24,000 nucleotides of DNA from Candidatus Omnitrophota bacterium (lineage in GTDB: Bacteria; Omnitrophota; Gorgyraeia; B26-G9). A program made the translations under genes and the position numbers. Of the stretch, positions 18,186-24,000 are shown in pieces. The notes below the pieces were generated by a model. The model was not told where the DNA came from. It searched no databases and saw only the letters and a program-made list of their open reading frames with translations. Position 1 is the stretch's first letter, and every line of letters begins with the position of its first letter. The stretch covers positions 15,347 to 39,346 of the forward strand of contig JAHITE010000036.1 in assembly GCA_018817585.1 (NCBI GenBank), written 5' to 3'.

Positions 18186-18849
18186 TTTTGTTGTTTAACT
18201 GCGTAATTAAGATTAATTCTCCTTTTGCCAAAGCCAATAAATACCCGGAGATACTAGCTCGTACATCATCCAGTTTAATATCATATTGAGATAATCTCAT
18301 CCTATCGCATGTAATTAAAAGCTGTTTAGACATAATCTCAGGAGTTAGCTCTGTTATTTTCTTTTCGGTCATACCTGATAGCGGTACTAACAGAGGCTTC
18401 CCTAATATATGAAATTCATCTTTTCTGAAAGCGCTATAATTACTTGATGCGATATAAATTTTTTGTTCTTGTTCTTTTTCTGCAGAATTTTGAAAATATT
18501 CTTTAGTATCTGAAATATGGGGCAGATCATTGATTAAATGTTCTAATTGACTATACATGTCGGAACTATTATTTGTTTTTAAAAATATTCTAAAATACGC
18601 AGAGTGGATCTGATATTTAATTGATTCAATATTTTTATTTTTCGCAAGATATTTAGCAAAAGGAATAACCAACGTAATTTCAACTGTTTCAGGGTCATAT
18701 CCGCCTAATAGATAATCAGAAGTAAGTCCTATAATATTTCCTTCTAGCAAAAAGATTGAATCTTCCTTTTTCTGATTACACGATATCCCTATAAATACAC
18801 TGATAATAATCAGCCCTATCAATAAATATTTGCTAATATTTTTCTGCAT
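18163..18849 (-). CDS. Hypothetical lipoprotein
   Basis: 228-aa ORF with signal peptide and cysteine (IISVFIGISCNQKK). No family recognised. Confidence 0.6.
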   Translation of the reverse strand: MQKNISKYLLIGLIIISVFIGISCNQKKEDSIFLLEGNIIGLTSDYLLGGYDPETVEITLVIPFAKYLAKNKNIESIKYQIHSAYFRIFLKTNNSSDMYSQLEHLINDLPHISDTKEYFQNSAEKEQEQKIYIASSNYSAFRKDEFHILGKPLLVPLSGMTEKKITELTPEIMSKQLLITCDRMRLSQYDIKLDDVRASISGYLLALAKGELILITQLNNKIKQSSNL

Positions 18850-18910
18850 TTTTTCCTTTTAGAATATTATTTGAACTCTTACCGCATCAAAATTTACCTA
18901 GTTATGCGTT

Positions 18911-19420
18911 TTATTGCTCAGTTAAGGGTAATAATGATGTTTCAATCCACCCTGTTCCATTATATGTATACGAGTGAGTATTGGTATCTACTCTAATACC
19001 TGGAAGTAATTCTGTGGAAAATCTAAACAAACCTTTGCCAACCTCTTGAAGCACCATCCGGCCTTTAATAACTTTAATCTTTCCTTCTCCCAACGGATTT
19101 GTGAAATTATAATTTCTCAAAAATAAACCGTCTTTTTCATCGGCATTAACTGCATCCTGGCCAAGATAGATGTTAAATCCAGCCTCTCCGATGCTTACTT
19201 GCCCGCCAACTTTCTTTTCTTTAGCCACCCAATGATCCTCACCAATACTTCTAAGCATCTGATCGACTACGCCTATGAGATTAGAATTATAAACAGTTTT
19301 AATGGAGTTATTTTCCTTAGGCGCAGCGGTTGATTCATCTTCCGCCAGCACGGTTGAAAAAGAGATAGTGAGAAACAATAAATTGACTATGACCAAAATC
19401 TTAAATAAAATTTTATGCAT
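18911..19420 (-). CDS. Hypothetical secreted protein
   Basis: 169-aa ORF with Sec signal MHKILFKILVIVNLLFLTISFSTVLAEDE; no family recognised. Confidence 0.6.
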   Translation of the reverse strand: MHKILFKILVIVNLLFLTISFSTVLAEDESTAAPKENNSIKTVYNSNLIGVVDQMLRSIGEDHWVAKEKKVGGQVSIGEAGFNIYLGQDAVNADEKDGLFLRNYNFTNPLGEGKIKVIKGRMVLQEVGKGLFRFSTELLPGIRVDTNTHSYTYNGTGWIETSLLPLTEQ

Positions 19421-19459
19421 TCTATCTCCTTTTTCTTAATCCTTTTATATTTATCAGTA

Positions 19460-20218
19460 CTATTTTTCTGCTAATATCTCTTTTTCTGATTCCAGACGCA
19501 TTATCTCTTCATCAATTATATTTACCGCAATATCAGACAACATCGTCTCAGTTGGACCTACAGCACCAATAATCCCCCAAAGCGAAAAACCGGTCAAACG
19601 ATAATCAAGCTTCTTTTTGATATTACTCAATAGTTTATTAGTTTTTCCATCAGAAATATTTATATCATATGTCCAAGTATAAGACCCCATAACCGGAACA
19701 GGTAAAACTAATGACGGAACAGCCATAATCACATCCCAAATAATTTTAGGGATCATATTAGGACCCAAACTAGGAGGGTAAGTCCCATTAACAGTATATT
19801 CAGGCTCAATATCATCATATCTATACGGCCTTCCATGTTTACCTTCAACTTGATACTCAGAAGCAACATCAACTGACTCGTAGCCAATTTTTTTCATAGC
19901 AGCAGCCAAAGCCTTAGATTCTTTCCATGTTGACTCATATGAGAACTCTCCGCCTGAACCGCCGGATGCAATTGCTGCTTGAAGGCTATGATATTCTGTG
20001 CCATGATATCCTGTTTGAATCCGATATTCAGGTCCCCATTTTGTTATCTTTATTTTTACATTTTTCCTAGTATCTGATTTTAATTTATTTACCTTAATGT
20101 TTTTAATTAAATTTTCTCGTGAACCTCTAAGCACTAAAGTTCTTGTGGAACATCCAGTTGACGAACTCATTAAAATCAAACATATAAAAATAAAAAAACA
20201 TTTCTGCTTATTGCCCAT
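19460..20218 (-). CDS. Hypothetical lipoprotein
   Basis: 252-aa ORF with lipobox ILMSSSTGCSTR. Confidence 0.6.
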   Translation of the reverse strand: MGNKQKCFFIFICLILMSSSTGCSTRTLVLRGSRENLIKNIKVNKLKSDTRKNVKIKITKWGPEYRIQTGYHGTEYHSLQAAIASGGSGGEFSYESTWKESKALAAAMKKIGYESVDVASEYQVEGKHGRPYRYDDIEPEYTVNGTYPPSLGPNMIPKIIWDVIMAVPSLVLPVPVMGSYTWTYDINISDGKTNKLLSNIKKKLDYRLTGFSLWGIIGAVGPTETMLSDIAVNIIDEEIMRLESEKEILAEK

Positions 20219-20233
20219 TATACTCTCCTTATA

Positions 20234-20851
20234 CTATTTTATTTTAGGACACAACCATAATAAAGCCGCAATCGCTCTATCTCTTTCTTCTTGGGTGAAA
20301 ACTGAGAATCCGAATCCGTTCTTATTTTTTTCATCCTGTGAATCCCATGGAACGCTAAGCGAAAAGTCCCAACAATCTCCATATAATACATATTTGGTAT
20401 TATTAATTCCAATACTCTCAACATTTTCCCACTTAAAGCTGGCATTAGTATCCGCCTCAGAAGTAGTCCAAGTTCGATAGACAACCTTTTTTAAATCAGA
20501 ATAAACTAGTTCCCGATGATTAGTACCATGCTTAAAAACACCTGCAACCCCAGTTTCACTTATCGAAAACTTTGGTTTATAATCAGAATTATTACAAGAA
20601 CTATTAGAAAAGTCTACCCTTTTTGCAAAAACTTCTTGAAAAACTTTTAAAGCCTGTTCTTTGTCCATTTGAGCAAATTGAGCTTGCGCGTCAGGATAAA
20701 GCTTATGATAAGAATTTTTTTTAATTGGCCTTACAGTAGAACAGCCACTAATTAATAATACGAAAATTATAATAATATATGATGAAATTATTCGATTAAT
20801 AGTCATTATTAGGAATTTTCCTTTCATTAATTTTAACGATAAAGTGTGCAA
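20234..20851 (-). CDS. Hypothetical lipoprotein
   Basis: 205-aa ORF; signal and lipobox IIIIFVLLISGCSTV. True start is probably the internal MTINRII. Confidence 0.6.
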   Translation of the reverse strand: MHTLSLKLMKGKFLIMTINRIISSYIIIIFVLLISGCSTVRPIKKNSYHKLYPDAQAQFAQMDKEQALKVFQEVFAKRVDFSNSSCNNSDYKPKFSISETGVAGVFKHGTNHRELVYSDLKKVVYRTWTTSEADTNASFKWENVESIGINNTKYVLYGDCWDFSLSVPWDSQDEKNKNGFGFSVFTQEERDRAIAALLWLCPKIK

Positions 20852-20910
20852 GTTGCGTAATCACGTCATTACAACAAAAAAGCAATCCCCTATTTAGAGA
20901 TTGCTGGATT
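20847..20910. repeat. Intergenic repeat family copy B, containing a terminator-like hairpin
   Basis: tgcaagttgcgtaatcacgtcattacaacaaaaaagcaatcccctatttagagattgct; arms agcaatc 20881-20887 / gattgct 20899-20905, with the T-run on the minus strand. Confidence 0.7.
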
Positions 20911-21017
20911 ATTTAATCTATGTTTCATGCCCATTTCGACTTCTCTTTGTTGAGTTGACGTTTAGACTTGTATTTTTATATATAAATAATACTATTTTAC
21001 TCCACTTGCGTCAATAA

Positions 21018-21161
21018 TTAATACGTCTCTTGTACAATTGGTTTGAATTCTCTAGTATTTGTCAGCATATATCCTAAGCAGATTAAACCTAATATGCACA
21101 GGAGAATAATCGCGCATATAACTTTAATCTGTTTTCTTAGAAATACTCCAAATTGATTCAT
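21018..21161 (-). CDS. Small single-TM protein (47 aa), not in the supplied ORF track
   Basis: Hand translation MNQFGVFLRKQIKVICAIILLCILGLICLGYMLTNTREFKPIVQETY*; AAGGA-like Shine-Dalgarno upstream of the ATG. Confidence 0.45.
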   Translation of the reverse strand: MNQFGVFLRKQIKVICAIILLCILGLICLGYMLTNTREFKPIVQETY

Positions 21162-21292
21162 TAATCTGTTCCTTGGTTTCAAGGGAAAATTAAAGCCAGC
21201 TATTTGTTTATTTTTTCTTCTAATTTATTAGATTAATAGGGGAAGCGACTATTTTTTTATGCTACCCAGTAAAACAAAACAATCAATCATTT

Positions 21293-21571
21293 TTATTCAT
21301 ATCTGGGTTTATCATAAACTTCTCTGCGATGTCCTATTTTTAATACTTCAATATTATTTTTTTCGATTTTATAAATAATGCGGTAATTTCCAACACGTAG
21401 TTTTCGGTATCCTTGAAGGCTTCGGCGGAGAGGCTCCCCATATTTAATCGGGTCAGCTAACAATTTGTTTTCAATCGCTTTTTTTATTCTATCTTTGATA
21501 TTTTTTGGGATACCCAAAATATCGTTTTTTACTTCAGGATGATAGATAATAGAATAATCCATTATTTCCAA
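21293..21571 (-). CDS. RelE/ParE-family toxin
   Basis: YHPEVKNDILGIPKNIKDRIKKAIENKL...SLQGYRKLRVGNYRIIYKIEKNNIEVLKIGHRREVY; overlaps the upstream RHH gene. Confidence 0.9.
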   Translation of the reverse strand: MEIMDYSIIYHPEVKNDILGIPKNIKDRIKKAIENKLLADPIKYGEPLRRSLQGYRKLRVGNYRIIYKIEKNNIEVLKIGHRREVYDKPRYE

Positions 21572-21789
21572 ATATCCTTATGGGACAAAGCTTTTTTAGG
21601 GGAGAGTGTTTTATTCCTTTTTTCAGCTGCTTCCTGCCAATATATATCTTCACGAATTTCCAAAGCTTCCTTTATAAGGTCTCGGGAAAATAGAGAAAGT
21701 GAAATTCCTTGGCTTTGAGCTAATTTATTAAGAGTATTATATATTTCAGGATCAAGAACTACATTTATTCTAGGATTTTTAGTTGGCAT
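21562..21789 (-). CDS. Ribbon-helix-helix antitoxin
   Basis: PRINVVLDPEIYNTLNKLAQSQGISLSLFSRDLIKEALEI, with the toxin ORF starting 10 nt before its stop. Confidence 0.88.
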   Translation of the reverse strand: MPTKNPRINVVLDPEIYNTLNKLAQSQGISLSLFSRDLIKEALEIREDIYWQEAAEKRNKTLSPKKALSHKDIWK

Positions 21790-21856
21790 ATTTTTACCTC
21801 CACAATAAGTGTATCATATGTGATGAACCTTGTCAAAGAAATTAAACGTCAACCGC

Positions 21857-21920
21857 TGCAAGTCTGTAATTACCTCATGAAAACAAAAAAAGCAATCTCC
21901 TGTTGTTTAGATATTGCATC
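21857..21920. repeat. Intergenic repeat family copy C, related to copy B
   Basis: tgcaagtctgtaattacctcatgaaaacaaaaaaagcaatctcctgttgtttagatattgc, alignable to copy B along its length. Confidence 0.65.
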
Positions 21921-22149
21921 ATTCGCCGCCAAATCAGCCATCCTGCCTCAGTGGCGTACCGTCCTTCATCTCCGTTCCTAAACCAAAGAAAATTCTTGTC
22001 CATCTACGCTTTGTAGTGGAAAATCGCTTGGTTTCAAGGAGGAAAAAAGCCATTCTTGGCCAATTGTTAATAGTCGATAGTTTTACTATGATCTAGGAAT
22101 CCCTAAACACATAGAAAAATAAGGATTATCAGGAACAGTGAGGCTTTAT

Positions 22150-24000
22150 CTATTTTGTGGCCTCTTCCATTATTTCCATCATCCGCTTAACATATTCTGT
22201 CCTGGAGGAAAGCTCTCCATCGACAAGCTGGGCGCTTTCATAAAGCTGCACAATACATTTTTTCAGGAAATAATCCGAAGGACCGGCTAAATATTTGCGT
22301 GATAAATTTTTTATCACCGAATGGCCAATATTTACCTCCAATACCCTCTTTGCTGACGGCATATCCTGGCCCATCATCTTCATCATCCGCTCCAGCTGAG
22401 GATCAGCGGCATTCTTACCGCTGACAAGTGTAACCGCCGAATCAACCAAGCGTTTAGAAATTTTCACATCCTCAACCTTATCCTTTAAGGTCTCCCTAAA
22501 CAAACCTATTAGTGATTCAGAGAGCTTATCTTCTTTCTGTCCAGCATTATCAGCAGTATCGTTTATTTCAATATCTCCCTTATCAATGCTTTTGATCGGT
22601 TTTTTATCATACTCCGGGATGGACGGCATTATAAACACGTCAACCGGATCGAGCAAAAACAGCACCTCCACATTATTTTTCTTGAAATATTCCAGATTGG
22701 GATTGCGTTCGGCAAACTCCCGGTTATCCCCGGACAGATAATATATCTCTTTTTGGTTTTCCGGCATACGTTTGGTATAATCTTTTAAGGAGGACATTTC
22801 CCCTTCTTTTTGAGTAGAGGTTTCAAACCTGAGCAATTCGATCAGCTTCTCACGATTAGCAAAATCACTGTTTAGGCCCATTTTAAATAACGGCCCAAAT
22901 GACTTATAGAATTTTAAATATTTTTCAGTCTCTTTATCAGCCAGTTCCTGCAGCCACTTAATAATCCTGTTCGTAAGCACATCTTTGATCTTGCCCAGAA
23001 CCTGTGAAGATTGAATCATTTCCCGGGACACATTTAAAGGCAAATCGCTTGTGTCTACAACCCCGCGGATAAATTGCAGATATTCCGGCAGTAAATCCTT
23101 GCAATTGTCCATGATCATAATTTTATTGGAATACAGCTGGATAGTCTTATGCTGGTGCAGGCGCATTAAATCAAACTGCGCCTTTGACGGAATAAACAAC
23201 AGCGCCCGAAATTCAGCTCCAGCGCCTTCTATAGACAGATGCAGATATGACTGAGGATCCTCGTAATCATTGGTAATAAATTTATAAAATTCATTACGCT
23301 CCTGCGCTTTTACATCTTTTTCCCTCCTGCGCCACAAAGCCTCAACAGTATTGATCTTGTCCTTGCCCAGAAAAATAGAAAAGTCAGAAAAATTGGAGTA
23401 TTTCTTGATTATCTCCTTAACCCGAAATTCTTCCGCGAATTCATGGGCAGTTTCTTTTAACGTAAAACTTATTTTTGTCCCGCGCTCCTTTCTGTCAATT
23501 TCTTCAATACTATAACTAGCCTCTCCGGAAGAGACCCATCTGTATCCCTTAGAATCCTTATCCGCGTGACGGGTCTCAATCACAACCTGATCCGTAACCA
23601 TAAACACCGAATAAAACCCCACCCCAAACTTGCCAATAAGATCACCTGTCTGTTTCTTCTCTTCTTTCATCTTTTGCAGAAATTCCAGGGTTCCGGAACG
23701 CGCCACGATCCCAATATTTTCCGTTAAATCTTCTTTGTTCATGCCAATGCCGTTATCTTCGATAGAAAATGTTTTTTTCTTGGAATCAACCGTTATTTTA
23801 ACCGCCAGTTCCGTATCCTTATCCAGAATATTTTGATCTGTTAACATCCGGTATTTGACTTTATTTAACGCGTCGGACGCGTTAGACACTAATTCTCTTA
23901 GAAATATCTCCGGATGCGTATACAAAGAATGGATGATCAGATGAAGCAGCTGCTTCATTTCCGCCTTATATTCGAAAGTCTGAACATTATTTTTAACCAT
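22150..24000 (-). CDS. htpG: Molecular chaperone HtpG (Hsp90 family), apparently complete
   Basis: MVKNNVQTFEYKAEMKQLLHLIIHSLYTHPEIFLRELVSNASDALNK, DNGIGM, GKFGVGFYSVFMV. The ATG lies exactly at 24000. Confidence 0.98.
   Translation of the reverse strand: MVKNNVQTFEYKAEMKQLLHLIIHSLYTHPEIFLRELVSNASDALNKVKYRMLTDQNILDKDTELAVKITVDSKKKTFSIEDNGIGMNKEDLTENIGIVARSGTLEFLQKMKEEKKQTGDLIGKFGVGFYSVFMVTDQVVIETRHADKDSKGYRWVSSGEASYSIEEIDRKERGTKISFTLKETAHEFAEEFRVKEIIKKYSNFSDFSIFLGKDKINTVEALWRRREKDVKAQERNEFYKFITNDYEDPQSYLHLSIEGAGAEFRALLFIPSKAQFDLMRLHQHKTIQLYSNKIMIMDNCKDLLPEYLQFIRGVVDTSDLPLNVSREMIQSSQVLGKIKDVLTNRIIKWLQELADKETEKYLKFYKSFGPLFKMGLNSDFANREKLIELLRFETSTQKEGEMSSLKDYTKRMPENQKEIYYLSGDNREFAERNPNLEYFKKNNVEVLFLLDPVDVFIMPSIPEYDKKPIKSIDKGDIEINDTADNAGQKEDKLSESLIGLFRETLKDKVEDVKISKRLVDSAVTLVSGKNAADPQLERMMKMMGQDMPSAKRVLEVNIGHSVIKNLSRKYLAGPSDYFLKKCIVQLYESAQLVDGELSSRTEYVKRMMEIMEEATK

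Noticed and set aside
16624-21900. Integron-like cassette array hypothesis for the accessory segment
   Set aside because: No GTTRRRY/RYYYAAC-type attC pairs seen, no integrase in the window, and several neighbouring genes have no repeat between them. The hypothesis is kept only as a weak alternative for the A/B/C repeats.

Overview
All well-supported protein genes in this window lie on the minus strand. From about 1 to 16.6 kb the content is ordinary bacterial housekeeping. It covers dnaE (partial at the window's left edge and missing from the supplied ORF track), guaA, a HIT protein, an MJ0936/YfcE-type phosphoesterase, a P-loop ATPase and a LysM/M23 peptidase. It continues with tRNA-Gly(CCC), thiC, a stand-alone ThiD2-like domain, rfaE2/gmhA, amaP/asp23, accC/accB, efp, an M24 peptidase and aroQ. 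From about 16.6 to 22.1 kb there is an accessory segment ending at a complete htpG. It holds a truncated REP-associated (Y1-type) transposase with flanking 7-bp-period arrays, a transglutaminase-like protein, a decayed ORF, four secreted or lipoprotein unknowns, a 47-aa one-TM ORF absent from the track, and an RHH/RelE-ParE toxin-antitoxin pair. Several families of short palindromic repeats are scattered through it. The most notable non-coding signal is a perfect 26-bp-arm inverted repeat (3347-3400) nested inside further inverted repeats between guaA and dnaE. I found no CRISPR array, no complete mobile element, and no convincing novel defence or biosynthetic system. The repeat/REP-like families and the lipoprotein island are the best candidates for follow-up.
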